A DNA stretch of 64,000 nucleotides from Anaerolineales bacterium (GTDB lineage Bacteria > Chloroflexota > Anaerolineae > Anaerolineales > Villigracilaceae), in contig JAFGCG010000053.1 of the NCBI GenBank assembly GCA_016932715.1, positions 499 through 64,498 of the forward strand. Reading direction: 5' to 3'. The notes beneath the pieces were generated by a model. It made no database searches and had not been told where the DNA came from. It saw nothing but the letters and a program-made list of their open reading frames with translations. The position numbers and the translations under genes are program-made. The number at the start of each line of letters is the position of its first letter. Within the stretch, counting starts at the first letter, position 1. Below, piece by piece: positions 36,691 through 46,337 of this stretch.

Positions 36691-37855
36691 CAGGGACTCC
36701 GATCCGTGTATGTTTTCGATGAGAAACAACATCATAATGCTTGCATTTCGAAAAAGCCAGTTTGGCCGGTCTCACGGAAAGCAGCATGAGCGCGGTCATT
36801 AGCACCGAAGAAGTCAGGCACCAGGCACAGGTTGCGCCGATGACGAACGGCTCGAGAAACGTGAGATAGATCGAGAAGAGGGTGCCAAAAGCAGCCATCG
36901 CAATTAATGCCAGCGCCGCGAGGGCTGCCAGGCGCTCTGTGGCATAACGAGCAAGCAGCCAGGCAATGACAATTGCCACGTATCCAAACAACCCCAGCAC
37001 ACCAATAGGCAGGATGCCAAACAGGCGGGCATACTCGCTTTGCTGCACCGTGTTGCAATCTCCTACAGGACCGCAGACTGCGGTCGTTTGCGTGGTCTCC
37101 ACGTAGGCAAGATAGCCAGCCACTCCAAAGCCAACAATACACAAAACAGGGATGATCCATGCCCAATTCTCTTTTAGAGAAACATCGTTTGTCCTCTGAA
37201 AAAGAAAAACTGCCCATGCCACGGATACAAGCATGCCTGCAAGAACGATAAGTGCCAGTATATTGCCGTTCAGATCGCGGGCAAAGTTATCAGTCCAGCT
37301 GATGTTGTGCGCATCCGGCGGGATCAGCCCGGGGGTGGCGATCGGGGAGGCAGATGTTGGGGCAACGGTGGCAGGGACCGGCGCGGTCTGAACCGCTGCA
37401 GATTGAGTTGAAGCTGGCTCACCTGCCGCAGGCGTCCCCATAGCTTCGCGCAGCCCGGGAATTTCGGGCCAGTCCAATCCGCCCTGCGCCAGATAGGCTT
37501 CGACCAGACCAGGGAATTTCTCCGGGATGTCCCCTGACCCGATCAAATACGTATTGTCGAACACCAGGAAGGGAACGCCTACCTGTTCCAACCCGAACAT
37601 TTGCGCGGCTGCCCAGAAGAGCTCCTGTGAACCAGGCTGGCTCACATCCACAGCAATGATCTGCAGTTGCTCGCCATACTTATCGATCAGGGGCACGAGC
37701 GTTCCATTGATGACATATTCGCAATGCCCGCAGGTAGTGGAATAAAAAAGTACAGCGCGGACCACCGGCAGGTCGGTCTGTGCGTGAGCGGTTGTGACCG
37801 GCAAAATAAAAATGCTAATGAGCAGCACGGCAATAAGTATGTGGCGCTGTTTCAT
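36683..37855 (-). CDS. Secreted thioredoxin-like domain fused to a vitamin K epoxide reductase (VKOR) membrane domain
   Basis: Signal peptide, CGHC thioredoxin motif, Pro/Ala/Thr linker, VKOR motifs VCGPVGDCNTVQQSEYARLFGILP and CAWC in the last TM helix. Confidence 0.85.
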   Translation of the reverse strand: MKQRHILIAVLLISIFILPVTTAHAQTDLPVVRAVLFYSTTCGHCEYVINGTLVPLIDKYGEQLQIIAVDVSQPGSQELFWAAAQMFGLEQVGVPFLVFDNTYLIGSGDIPEKFPGLVEAYLAQGGLDWPEIPGLREAMGTPAAGEPASTQSAAVQTAPVPATVAPTSASPIATPGLIPPDAHNISWTDNFARDLNGNILALIVLAGMLVSVAWAVFLFQRTNDVSLKENWAWIIPVLCIVGFGVAGYLAYVETTQTTAVCGPVGDCNTVQQSEYARLFGILPIGVLGLFGYVAIVIAWLLARYATERLAALAALALIAMAAFGTLFSIYLTFLEPFVIGATCAWCLTSSVLMTALMLLSVRPAKLAFSKCKHYDVVSHRKHTRIGVPDD

Positions 37856-38298
37856 TCTTTGCTCCGTGTTTCATACCAGCCAACGCGGACATCATTTGTG
37901 CGGAGGTCAAAGTCTGGTACATAAGGTTTGATGTCGAGCAGAGGCGTGCCATCGAGCACATCCACACCTTCAATGGCGAGAATATTGCCCTGATGAGATA
38001 AAAGCCGGACGATGGATATGCCGATCGGATTGGGGCGCTGAGGATAGCGCGTGGTAAAGATGCCGTGTTCCTGATCATCTAAAAAAGGTTTGACCTGCAG
38101 CGAATATCCGGACGATCGATGGAAAACATACAGAAGGTAGATATGAGACAGACCTTCGATATCTCTCAACCCATCCGCGAACTCCGGGTAGAGTTCCACC
38201 CGGCCGATGGCTTGCGAGCGTGAGGACTGGATGGGAGTCTGGTCCTTTTCGGTGAACGGCGAATGGATGATGCCGATGGGGTACATAATGAATTCCAT
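37852..38298 (-). CDS. TsaA/YaeB (TrmO-like) family protein
   Basis: IGIIHSPF, GLSHIYLLYVFH, RPNPIGISIVRL, GVDVLDGTPLLDIKPY. The ATG at 38298 has an AAGGAGA RBS. ATGA overlap with the downstream VKOR gene. Confidence 0.85.
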   Translation of the reverse strand: MEFIMYPIGIIHSPFTEKDQTPIQSSRSQAIGRVELYPEFADGLRDIEGLSHIYLLYVFHRSSGYSLQVKPFLDDQEHGIFTTRYPQRPNPIGISIVRLLSHQGNILAIEGVDVLDGTPLLDIKPYVPDFDLRTNDVRVGWYETRSKE

Positions 38299-38302
38299 TA
38301 AG

Positions 38303-39037
38303 CTATTTTTTCTCCTTCCCATTGACAAAAGTAAGCAGCTTCACGCCTTCCACCTGGCGAAAGGACGCTCCCTGTCCAACGGTGCGCAGAACCGCCTCCT
38401 CATCGACCACACGCGTACCGGAGATGATCTCTACTCCGTAATCGAATAAGATTGGCGAGAATGGTGTGCTGGGGCCCAAAAGCATGACAGTGGCTGGCGA
38501 TGGGCACAGCGATAGCAATCCATCCAGGGTGTGGTTAACGAAGGCACTGCTGGTGATCGCCACGATATCGGCTTGCGGGATCAGATCGGCGGCGGCTTCG
38601 GATGGATATTCATCCTGCGCGGGATGCTGCTCGATCACCCATAACTGCCCGGCAGCGGAGCGTAACTCCTGGATGAATGGAAAATGCCCGACGAGCGCGA
38701 CGTTCTTTCCCCGCCCGCGGCGGACCAGCACTTCCGAGGCGTTCATCTCTCTGGAGGTTGATTCGTCCACATCCAACAGGGAATTGATCGCTGCCATGCC
38801 GATGCTGGCTTCCAACAATTCCGGGGAACGCGCCAATTCCGCCAGGTCACGCGCGCTTTTCCGGTGCAGGCGGCCAGCATCCTGAACCTGCATATGTCCG
38901 TGCGAATGACTCGACATCAACGTGGCTGCCATCCCGCAATACCGGCTGCAAACGACGGTCCAATGCACACCGACCAGGACCGAGCGCACCGGCACATCCG
39001 TATCCAGTTTGTTCAGCAGATCATCTATGATGCTCAT
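38303..39037 (-). CDS. DUF364-type protein (putative heavy-metal chelation / Rossmann-like)
   Basis: VLVGVHWTVV, GMAAINSLL, NVALVGHFPF, DIVAITSSAFVNHTLDGLL, VMLLGPSTP. Confidence 0.75.
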   Translation of the reverse strand: MSIIDDLLNKLDTDVPVRSVLVGVHWTVVCSRYCGMAATLMSSHSHGHMQVQDAGRLHRKSARDLAELARSPELLEASIGMAAINSLLDVDESTSREMNASEVLVRRGRGKNVALVGHFPFIQELRSAAGQLWVIEQHPAQDEYPSEAAADLIPQADIVAITSSAFVNHTLDGLLSLCPSPATVMLLGPSTPFSPILFDYGVEIISGTRVVDEEAVLRTVGQGASFRQVEGVKLLTFVNGKEKK

Positions 39038-39359
39038 TTGGATCTCCTTGTATCAGTTCAGACTGGCGCGAGATTTCTTCCACAAGAACATCGCGCATGA
39101 GGTCGCAGATGGTGAGGATCTTGGGATTGGCAACCTGGTAAAAAATCTCCTGACCGTGGCGTTCCGTCACAAGGATACCACCATGACGAAGCACACCCAG
39201 GTGACGAGAGACCATGCTCTGTGAGCAGCCAGTTGAGGTTGCAATATCCTGAACCCGCCTTGGTCCAGCGCGCAGGAGATGAACAATTTCCAGCCGGAGT
39301 TGATGAGACATCGTTCGGCAAAGATTGCTCTGAATTTCAAAGATAGTCTGATGATTCAT
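39021..39359 (-). CDS. ArsR family transcriptional regulator
   Basis: LRLEIVHLLRAGPRRVQDIATSTGCSQSMVSRHLGVLR wHTH. Overlaps the start of the DUF364 gene by 17 nt. Confidence 0.85.
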   Translation of the reverse strand: MNHQTIFEIQSNLCRTMSHQLRLEIVHLLRAGPRRVQDIATSTGCSQSMVSRHLGVLRHGGILVTERHGQEIFYQVANPKILTICDLMRDVLVEEISRQSELIQGDPNEHHR

Positions 39360-39481
39360 GTAACACCTTTTCACAGAAATCTATACTCACCATCCTGCCA
39401 GACGCGCCGCCTGACAGATGAGTATTCCAAAACATAATGATGAGCGCGATCTCGACTGTTTGGGGGACCATGATCTGCTCA

Positions 39482-40420
39482 CTATTTATCGAGAGTAATC
39501 ACCGTACCGACTCCAACCCGGACAAATGCCTGTCCATACTCGGCAGCGAACATGGCAATGGCGTTCTCCCCGCTGCAATGACAGGGAGCCGCGTTCTGCA
39601 CTCCCAGCCGCCGGAAGTCGGTAAGGATCGCGGAAATATCAGTCTTATTCTTTTCGCCGAGATGGAAACCTCCCAGCACAAGATAAACCGGATCATTGGT
39701 AAACTCCACGGCGCGTTCAATGATCCGCACAATGCCGGGATGAGCACAGCCAGTGATGATCACCAATCCGTTTTTCGTTCGAATCAGCAATGCCTGTTCA
39801 GGTGGATTTCCTTTAATCTCCCCCGTAGTTAGAATACCATCTGCTATGACCTGGCCAGGCGTTACTTCGCTCACGTGTGTCAACTGCATAACCTGATTCT
39901 TGTAGGCATCTGCAAAAGATGGCAGCAGGTAAACCGTCGGCTTACGATTGCCGTCCAACAGGGCAATCAACCCGCCGGTATGATCCCCGTGTGCATGGGA
40001 AAGGACGACAGACTGAATGTGAGCCGGATCAACTCCCAGCAACTGCATGTTTTCCAGAAGGATGCGCCCGTCTCCACCGGTATCAAAGAGCACAGTCTGT
40101 CCGCGGAACTCAACCAGTGCTGAGAAGCCCCAACTGGTCTTCAAGCGTGGATCGAAAGGGTTGTTATCGTAAAGGATCATTATCTTCAACACATCGACTT
40201 GTGTTCTCATGTCTGCCGTTTGCCTTTCTACAGGGAGAGGAGATGCGGTAGGAATTAGTAAGGTCGTCTGTTCTGTCACAGTCTGGATTGCCTGGCGTGT
40301 AGACGGGAACACGGTCAGAGGTTTTTGCGTCCGCTCGGCGGGCCAAACAGCGCTGCAGGCACAAAGCAACACTACGCCGACGAAGAACAGGAAACAGGGC
40401 TGCTTTATCTTTTCATTCAT
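39482..40420 (-). CDS. Secreted or lipid-anchored MBL-fold metallohydrolase (COG1237-like)
   Basis: Signal-like N-terminus FLFFVGVVLLCAC. ILYDNN, WGFSALVE, VLFDTGGDG, VVLSHAHGDHTGGL. Start set at MNEKIKQ (40420). Confidence 0.8.
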   Translation of the reverse strand: MNEKIKQPCFLFFVGVVLLCACSAVWPAERTQKPLTVFPSTRQAIQTVTEQTTLLIPTASPLPVERQTADMRTQVDVLKIMILYDNNPFDPRLKTSWGFSALVEFRGQTVLFDTGGDGRILLENMQLLGVDPAHIQSVVLSHAHGDHTGGLIALLDGNRKPTVYLLPSFADAYKNQVMQLTHVSEVTPGQVIADGILTTGEIKGNPPEQALLIRTKNGLVIITGCAHPGIVRIIERAVEFTNDPVYLVLGGFHLGEKNKTDISAILTDFRRLGVQNAAPCHCSGENAIAMFAAEYGQAFVRVGVGTVITLDK

Positions 40421-40547
40421 TGCAAACCATTGGCCTGCATGCGATTTGGTCTGCGTCCGCCGATTGCTGTTCCGCAAAGTCAAGAAAGCAGGGACATTGG
40501 ATCAACTGGCGCAACGCATCTCCCATCATTTTCAAAAACAATCCCGG

Positions 40548-40802
40548 TCAATTCGAATGAGGCTGGGGCTGCTCCCCATCCAGTTGTTCCAACCATTCAT
40601 CGAACTTCGTCCGGCACTCCGAACAAAGGGCAAGATGTTGTTTCACGGCGGGGCGAATTTCTTCAAGGGATGCGCCGCCAGCCAGCAAATCGGCGTCATA
40701 CCCCAGCAGGATGAAACATTCCTCACACGTCAGTTTTACAGGCTTGCCGGTATCATATGTGAGCAGGAGCAATTGCCACAAGGAACGAATCACTTTGGTC
40801 AT
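40548..40802 (-). CDS. Small zinc-finger protein (zf-HC2 / anti-sigma-like HxxxCxxC motif)
   Basis: CEEC ... HLALCSEC motif. Start uncertain (40802 or 40886). Confidence 0.45.
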   Translation of the reverse strand: MTKVIRSLWQLLLLTYDTGKPVKLTCEECFILLGYDADLLAGGASLEEIRPAVKQHLALCSECRTKFDEWLEQLDGEQPQPHSN

Positions 40803-41129
40803 GCTGCCACTTCCAGTTCTGCTCGTTGGCTCAAAGGGACCGTTGATGGAACATTGTTCCGTCCAGCTTCTCCAGTACTGCGCCAAGAGCCTGGTTAACT
40901 CTTCTCATTGCGTCGACGCATTCAGGAGGCCCACAGACACTTCAGCGGCTCCTTCCGCCCAGCAGCGATATTCCTCCGCGTGCTCGTCGTTATATTCCAC
41001 CCGGAGAGGGATCAACATTTGCAATTTCTGCATTTCGTTCATGGCTGGGCGCTCCCTTCCGGATAATGAGCTGGTGAGGCACTCCAAAATTGCGTGCCAT
41101 ACCTTTCCACCGCTTTGATCGTGTTCTTC

Positions 41130-41567
41130 TCAGTCATACGCTTTTCGGATCGTTCCATTCGTCATGGTCGGTCCCAGCAGCAACTGCCATTTAGGATCAT
41201 CCCATGTGCCCAAACGTGCATGCAGGTCCAGATATTTTTTAGGGATGGGATGTGTGCCAACGACAACTTCTACACCGTACCGCTTTTCGAGAAAGCTTTT
41301 GAACGTGTCGATATAAGGACAGGGGGGATAACCGACCAACAAACCGGTTGCCAGGTGCACGATTTGCGCTCCATTCGCCACCATCTCCTCTCCCGTATAT
41401 TCGACGTTACCGCCCGGACATCCCCCGCAGGTGGTGTACCCCACCAGTTCGACCTGCTCGCCTTCATAGCGTGCAAAGGCGCCCTCCCGGTTACGCAAAG
41501 CCCGCAGGCATTTGCCCCCCGCGCAGGTACGATAGCGGTCGCAGACAATGATCCCAATTTTTTTCAT
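41130..41567 (-). CDS. CGGC domain protein
   Basis: IGIIVCDRYRTCAGGKC ... YTTCGGCPG is the characteristic CGGC motif. Confidence 0.8.
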   Translation of the reverse strand: MKKIGIIVCDRYRTCAGGKCLRALRNREGAFARYEGEQVELVGYTTCGGCPGGNVEYTGEEMVANGAQIVHLATGLLVGYPPCPYIDTFKSFLEKRYGVEVVVGTHPIPKKYLDLHARLGTWDDPKWQLLLGPTMTNGTIRKAYD

Positions 41568-41617
41568 GATCTTCTCCTGATTCCGAGGGCTCCAATATGA
41601 TCTGGCAGGCGAACAAA

Positions 41618-42352
41618 TCAGCCCTGGGAAATTACGATCAAAACAGCCACCAAAATACCCATCGCCAAAGAAGCGAAGGAATATTTTTGGGGTTCCTTTT
41701 CAACAGCGGGAAGCAGGTGAGTAGCGCCTACGTAAACCAACGCACCGGCGGAAAGCGCCAGGAGCAGGCCCAAAGCGGAGCGGTCGATCCTGCTGATAAA
41801 CGGAAAGGAAACCAGCGTTCCCAGCGGTGTAGAGAGCGCTGCCGCCAGAAAAGCCAGTAAAACCGATTTTTTTTTGCTAAAGCCAGCCCGCTCCAAAAGC
41901 AGGAAAGTGACCACTCCCTCGGGGAATTCATGTAACACCATGCCTATCGCCGCCAACAATCCGGTAAAGATGCTTACATTAAAGGTGACCGAGTAAATAA
42001 TCCCATCAATGAAAGAATGAAGACCAATACCAATCATAGGGATGATGCCAACCGTCAGATCAGTGCGATCGTGCACCTGACAAACATACATGCTCACCAA
42101 CCGATTGATTATGTACATTCCCATGAAACCGACCAAAAGGAATATGGGGGCAGTTCTGTTCATTTCAATGGACTTTGGGATGATGTGAATAAAGGATACG
42201 GAAAGAAGTACTCCGGCAGCGAAACTGATGAAATAGGCAACATTCCGGTTGCCCCATTCCTCGTATTTGCTGATCATGTAGATTCCGAGCGTCGTGACCA
42301 CACACGCCAAAACGCTTGCCAGGATCACGGCTCCAACCGTATTTGTAACCAT
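41618..42352 (-). CDS. ZIP family metal cation transporter (ZupT-like)
   Basis: About 8 TM helices, HSFIDG, HEFPEG motifs. Confidence 0.85.
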   Translation of the reverse strand: MVTNTVGAVILASVLACVVTTLGIYMISKYEEWGNRNVAYFISFAAGVLLSVSFIHIIPKSIEMNRTAPIFLLVGFMGMYIINRLVSMYVCQVHDRTDLTVGIIPMIGIGLHSFIDGIIYSVTFNVSIFTGLLAAIGMVLHEFPEGVVTFLLLERAGFSKKKSVLLAFLAAALSTPLGTLVSFPFISRIDRSALGLLLALSAGALVYVGATHLLPAVEKEPQKYSFASLAMGILVAVLIVISQG

Positions 42353-42358
42353 GCCAGA

Positions 42359-42682
42359 CTACCCTTCTTCCAGGTCGAACAGTTCTTCCTGGTTGATCAA
42401 TTCGGTCAGCTTTTCGGCGGCAACATAGTTCGTCACTTTGATGCGCTGTCCACTTACACCGGGCACACCGGCAACCGTCATCCTGATCTGCACTGCCAGA
42501 TACACAGCAATCGGACACAAAGGCGAGGATGGTCGAAACGTGTAACTGACTTGTCCGGAGGCATCCACGACCAGATCTTCGACCAGCTTCATGCGCACAA
42601 CATCCGCCCCGGTCTCCGGGTCGATCACTTTGGACAGATCTTCAAGGATGGTCCGGCGCAGTTCTTCTTCAGGAGTTTTCAT
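42359..42682 (-). CDS. DUF59/MIP18-family Fe-S assembly-related protein
   Basis: VIDPETGADVVRMKLV...SSPLCPIA. The ATG at 42682 avoids overlap with the upstream gene. Confidence 0.7.
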   Translation of the reverse strand: MKTPEEELRRTILEDLSKVIDPETGADVVRMKLVEDLVVDASGQVSYTFRPSSPLCPIAVYLAVQIRMTVAGVPGVSGQRIKVTNYVAAEKLTELINQEELFDLEEG

Positions 42683-42687
42683 CTTTC

Positions 42688-43602
42688 CTATAAACCCATG
42701 CATGTATTCTGAATGGACAAAGATTCCATGACAGAACACCAGAGATCGATGATCGCCCGGCTGACAGGCGCGTTGGGCTTATAAGCAGTAACCGGCTCAC
42801 CATGCACCATTGCTTCCGTCACTGCTTCATCGAAGGGAATCTTGCCCGCGACCTGAAACTCGTTGTCCCAGCAATACGCTTCGATCTTTTTTGTGCCCAG
42901 TGGATAAATATCCGCCTTGTTGATGCACACCAGCGCCGGGATATGAAAATGTTCGGTGGTCTGTAAAATACGCTTCATATCATGGACACCGGCCGCGGTT
43001 GGCTCGGCAACGATCAAGGCCAGGTCGGCCCCCGAGGCGGCAGCAATGACCGGACAGCCAATCCCCGGAGGACCATCGACGATGACCAGTTCCCGATGTT
43101 CATCCAATGCCCGCAGGCGGGCGCGCTGCTTGACCAGCGTCACCAGCTTGCCGGAGTTTTCCCGCCCAGGATAAAGACTGGCATGGTACAACGGCCCGTA
43201 GCGGCTGTCTGAAACATAAAACCTGCCAGCCACTTGTTCGAACATGGTGATGCTTTCGGATGGGCACTGATAGACGCAGGCCGCGCAGCCGTCACAGGCG
43301 ATGGGATCGACCGCGTACAAACTGTCGGTGTGGTGAATCGCGTCGAAACGGCAGACCGCCTCACAGTCCCCGCAGGAAGTGCAGGTGCTTTCGTCGATGA
43401 CAGCAACCTGCCCGCCGCGGAAATCCTCCTGTTCCCGCAGGCGGGGCTGGAGGACTAGTTCAAGATTGGCAGCATCGACATCCGCATCTGCCAGGACGAC
43501 CCGGTTCGCGAACGGGCTTTGCGAAAAGAGATGAGCAAATGCCGCCGCCAGGCTGGTCTTGCCGGTGCCGCCTTTACCGCTCAGGATCACCAATTGCTTC
43601 AT
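42688..43602 (-). CDS. MinD/ParA-type P-loop ATPase with inserted 2x[4Fe-4S] ferredoxin domain
   Basis: Deviant Walker A SGKGGTGKTS, CTSCGDCEAVC and CDGCAACVYQCP, Walker B VIVDGPPG. Confidence 0.85.
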   Translation of the reverse strand: MKQLVILSGKGGTGKTSLAAAFAHLFSQSPFANRVVLADADVDAANLELVLQPRLREQEDFRGGQVAVIDESTCTSCGDCEAVCRFDAIHHTDSLYAVDPIACDGCAACVYQCPSESITMFEQVAGRFYVSDSRYGPLYHASLYPGRENSGKLVTLVKQRARLRALDEHRELVIVDGPPGIGCPVIAAASGADLALIVAEPTAAGVHDMKRILQTTEHFHIPALVCINKADIYPLGTKKIEAYCWDNEFQVAGKIPFDEAVTEAMVHGEPVTAYKPNAPVSRAIIDLWCSVMESLSIQNTCMGL

Positions 43603-43994
43603 TCTGAAAACACCTCGATCTCCGGATGCCGCACTGCTTCCTCATAGATCGGACCGCGCTGCACGAACCCCAATGCCAAACCACTGCCGCGCGCGACCAG
43701 CAGACGTTCACCTTCCCGGAAGCCGGCCTGAGGTGGGAAAATGACTCGCTTGTCCTTGTCTATCCTGCCTTCCCCCAAAGCGCGTTTCGACAGGGGAATC
43801 TGGGACTGAGCCAATGTCTCGCGGCGCGCCACACCCACGCCCCCGGAACGTTGACTGCCGCGCAGCAGGATGACTGGCTCGCCCGGCTGAAAACCGTACT
43901 CGTCAAACGCGGCGGGCGGGATCGCCGCTTCACCATTCGGTCCGACAACGGACCAGCCAAACACCCATTTGCCTCCTTTCACCAATTGCGGCAT
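43599..43994 (-). CDS. Hypothetical protein, possibly a tandem AbrB/SpoVT-like beta-barrel
   Basis: 131 aa, AAGGAG RBS, ATGA overlap with the downstream ATPase. Two IPP/FPP..GF.PGE..L..RG segments. Confidence 0.6.
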   Translation of the reverse strand: MPQLVKGGKWVFGWSVVGPNGEAAIPPAAFDEYGFQPGEPVILLRGSQRSGGVGVARRETLAQSQIPLSKRALGEGRIDKDKRVIFPPQAGFREGERLLVARGSGLALGFVQRGPIYEEAVRHPEIEVFSE

Positions 43995-44018
43995 CGATAC
44001 AACTCCTTTCGCTACAAG

Positions 44019-45089
44019 TTATCTCAGAACGAACAAAATCAAGGAAAAGATGATGATCAGACCAGTAAGTACTCCTGTTGCCGGCCACAGAAAACGCCAG
44101 TCCAGTGGGAACCAGGCACTGCCTTCCGGCATGGGATCCATAGTCGGGTCGAAATAGAGATACAGGTGATCGATGCTTGGCGTGGGGATCGATGTTTGCT
44201 GCTTCAGCGCAATGAACTCGTCTGCCAGGTGTTTGATCTCATCAGCGGCTGCATCCGCGTGTTCGAACATAGCAACCCGGATGCGGGGATCCATGAGTCT
44301 CTTCCGGAACCCCCATACCAGGATCGGCTCGGGCAAACGCTCGAAGATCTTCACACTCTCGGGAACGATCGGGTATCCCAGCGCCCGCAGCACGCGAAAA
44401 CCCTCCTGAACGGCGCGGATCGCCAGAACGATGGCATCGCGGGTATGCGCCATGCGCACGTTATCTCTGCCCCCGGCCCGCATGGCCGGCGCGATGGAGG
44501 GCATCAGCAAGGCGACATGGGTTTTGAGCCAGGCATCCATGTCGGTGCGCAGATCGACATCGAAACCAGGCATGCTTGCAAGGACGCGCCCAACTTCCTG
44601 CAGGCGAGGTGTGATACGGCCATCCACTTCGCCGATGGGGATCATGGCTCTTTTCCCTGGCTGGGCACCCACCATGTAATGGACAACATGCTCCCGGCGG
44701 TAACCAGCCGCCATCGGAAAGCCCATCAGCACCCGTTCCTGCCCCAGCGCCCTGACCAATTCTCCGGGTCCGGCCGCATTGTTCATGAGAAAGAGAATAT
44801 TGGGTGTATGACGATTATTCGCCAGAGTTGACAGAATCTCAAGCGCCCGGTTCTTGCGCATGATCACCAGCACCAGGTCGTAGGCGTCTTTAGGGTCGAG
44901 ACGTTCTACGATCCGGGGATGTGCGACCGTTTCCTGCTGCGTCTGGGTATCCACCAGAACGACGCCATACTTTTTCAGGTCATCCAGGCGCTGCCCGCGC
45001 GCCAGCAGGGAGACGTCCTGTCCCGCCTCACACAACCTGGCTGCGAACAAGCTGCCCAATGGACCAGCACCATACACAAGAATTCTCAT
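44019..45089 (-). CDS. Ketopantoate reductase (ApbA/PanE) family oxidoreductase with C-terminal TM tail
   Basis: MRILVYGAGPLGSLFAARL Rossmann start. The ATG at 45089 is preceded by AGGAG. Hydrophobic C-terminus GVLTGLIIIFSLILFVL. Confidence 0.8.
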   Translation of the reverse strand: MRILVYGAGPLGSLFAARLCEAGQDVSLLARGQRLDDLKKYGVVLVDTQTQQETVAHPRIVERLDPKDAYDLVLVIMRKNRALEILSTLANNRHTPNILFLMNNAAGPGELVRALGQERVLMGFPMAAGYRREHVVHYMVGAQPGKRAMIPIGEVDGRITPRLQEVGRVLASMPGFDVDLRTDMDAWLKTHVALLMPSIAPAMRAGGRDNVRMAHTRDAIVLAIRAVQEGFRVLRALGYPIVPESVKIFERLPEPILVWGFRKRLMDPRIRVAMFEHADAAADEIKHLADEFIALKQQTSIPTPSIDHLYLYFDPTMDPMPEGSAWFPLDWRFLWPATGVLTGLIIIFSLILFVLR

Positions 45090-45109
45090 ATCGAGCTCCT
45101 GAAGAAAAC

Positions 45110-45406
45110 TCAACCCTGCGCCGAAGCTACGACAATGCAATGGGTTCCATTGACCCGTCCGTGCAGGGTTCCATCTTCCGCCGTTAGATAAAGCTTTTCC
45201 AACTCGGGCGGAGTATAGTGAGCGACGATCTCGAAGCCTCGCTCTGCTAAGAATGCCTGGATAACTCCATCTTCCAACCCAAAGGTCCAGCCTTCGCCGG
45301 TCCTGGAAACGGTCTCGAAAATTCCCTGCTCCCCGTAATAACGATTCTCCTGCCGCAGCGAAGATTTTGTTTCGATTCTTCTCGTCGCCGGAGCTGCTTT
45401 ATTCAT
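45110..45406 (-). pseudogene. C-terminal remnant of a class I SAM-dependent O-methyltransferase (TIGR00027/LCM-like)
   Basis: GEGWTFGLEDGVIQAFLAERGFEIVAHYTPPELEKLYL matches only the last ~70 aa of that family. No SAM-binding N-terminal part is present upstream. Confidence 0.45.
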
Positions 45407-45475
45407 CCTAGAATATCCCTGGCATTAGTAATATGGCGAAGAACAAGTAATGTGTGGGGAGAAATCTGTGAATGT

Positions 45476-46327
45476 TCATTGTAAAGCCGCGATCTGCATA
45501 AATAATTGCCGGAAACGGTCAGTGTATTCCGGGTGAATATCCACCAGGGTTTTTCCCCTGGCAATACCCTCCGCGATGGCGCGCTCGAAGGGCACGCGCA
45601 TCAAAATTGGGAGTCCTTCGGATTGGCAAAACGCATCGACCCGGTCATCACCTATACCATCACGATTGATCACCACGCCGATTGGGATCTTCAATTCATG
45701 CGCGACCTGCACAGCCAGGCGCAGGTCGTGCAACCCAAAAGGCGTCGGCTCGGTCACCAGCAGGATGAAATCCGCGCCGCGCATGGATTCCACGACCGGG
45801 CAGGATGTACCGGGCGGCGCATCCAGGATTTCGAGTTGACCCGCTCGCGGCTCGATCCAGTGTTTGAGCTGCCGGATGACCGGCACAGCCATCGGCTCGC
45901 CAATGTTCAGCATGCCGCGCGCAAAAGGGATGCCACTGCGCGCCGGTCCACGCTCCAAAACGCCGATCACTTGCGGCGTTTCGCGAATGGCATGTTCCGG
46001 GCAGACCCGCGCGCAGCTTCCGCAGCCGTGACACAATTGCGGAAAGACCAGAGTCTTCCTGCCCATCATCACGATGGCGTGATACTGGCAGACTTCCGCA
46101 CATTTACCGCAGTAGGTGCATTTGTCATCATCCACCTGCGGGATCTGGATCGCCACCTCCTGCCGTTTCTCGAAGGTTGGATTTAGGAATAGGTGAGCAT
46201 TGGGTGCTTCGACATCACCATCCAGAAAGATAGGCAAAGTCCCTGCTTCGGTCAGACTCAACGCAAGGCTCGCAGCGATGGTGGTCTTACCGGTGCCTCC
46301 CTTTCCGCTTGCAACCGCAATCCTCAT
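45476..46327 (-). CDS. MinD/ParA-type P-loop ATPase with inserted 2x[4Fe-4S] ferredoxin domain
   Basis: MRIAVASGKGGTGKTT, CTYCGKCAEVC, CHGCGSCARVCP, ILDAPPG. The track ORF extends to 46645 across the upstream gene, so the start is set at 46327. Confidence 0.85.
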   Translation of the reverse strand: MRIAVASGKGGTGKTTIAASLALSLTEAGTLPIFLDGDVEAPNAHLFLNPTFEKRQEVAIQIPQVDDDKCTYCGKCAEVCQYHAIVMMGRKTLVFPQLCHGCGSCARVCPEHAIRETPQVIGVLERGPARSGIPFARGMLNIGEPMAVPVIRQLKHWIEPRAGQLEILDAPPGTSCPVVESMRGADFILLVTEPTPFGLHDLRLAVQVAHELKIPIGVVINRDGIGDDRVDAFCQSEGLPILMRVPFERAIAEGIARGKTLVDIHPEYTDRFRQLFMQIAALQ

Positions 46328-46337
46328 TAGGGTTCCT

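Noticed and set aside
40209-40898. A 229-aa plus-strand ORF across the MBL gene start and the zf-HC2 gene. The 231-aa ORF at 42017..42712 was also considered.
   Set aside because: Both are antisense to genes with clear family motifs (MBL, ZIP, DUF59), and their composition is atypical.
40905-41087. A 60-aa (or 45-aa from an internal ATG) minus-strand ORF between the CGGC gene and the zf-HC2 gene.
   Set aside because: It is too short, has no recognisable motif or clear RBS, and cannot be supported from sequence alone. It may still be a real small protein.
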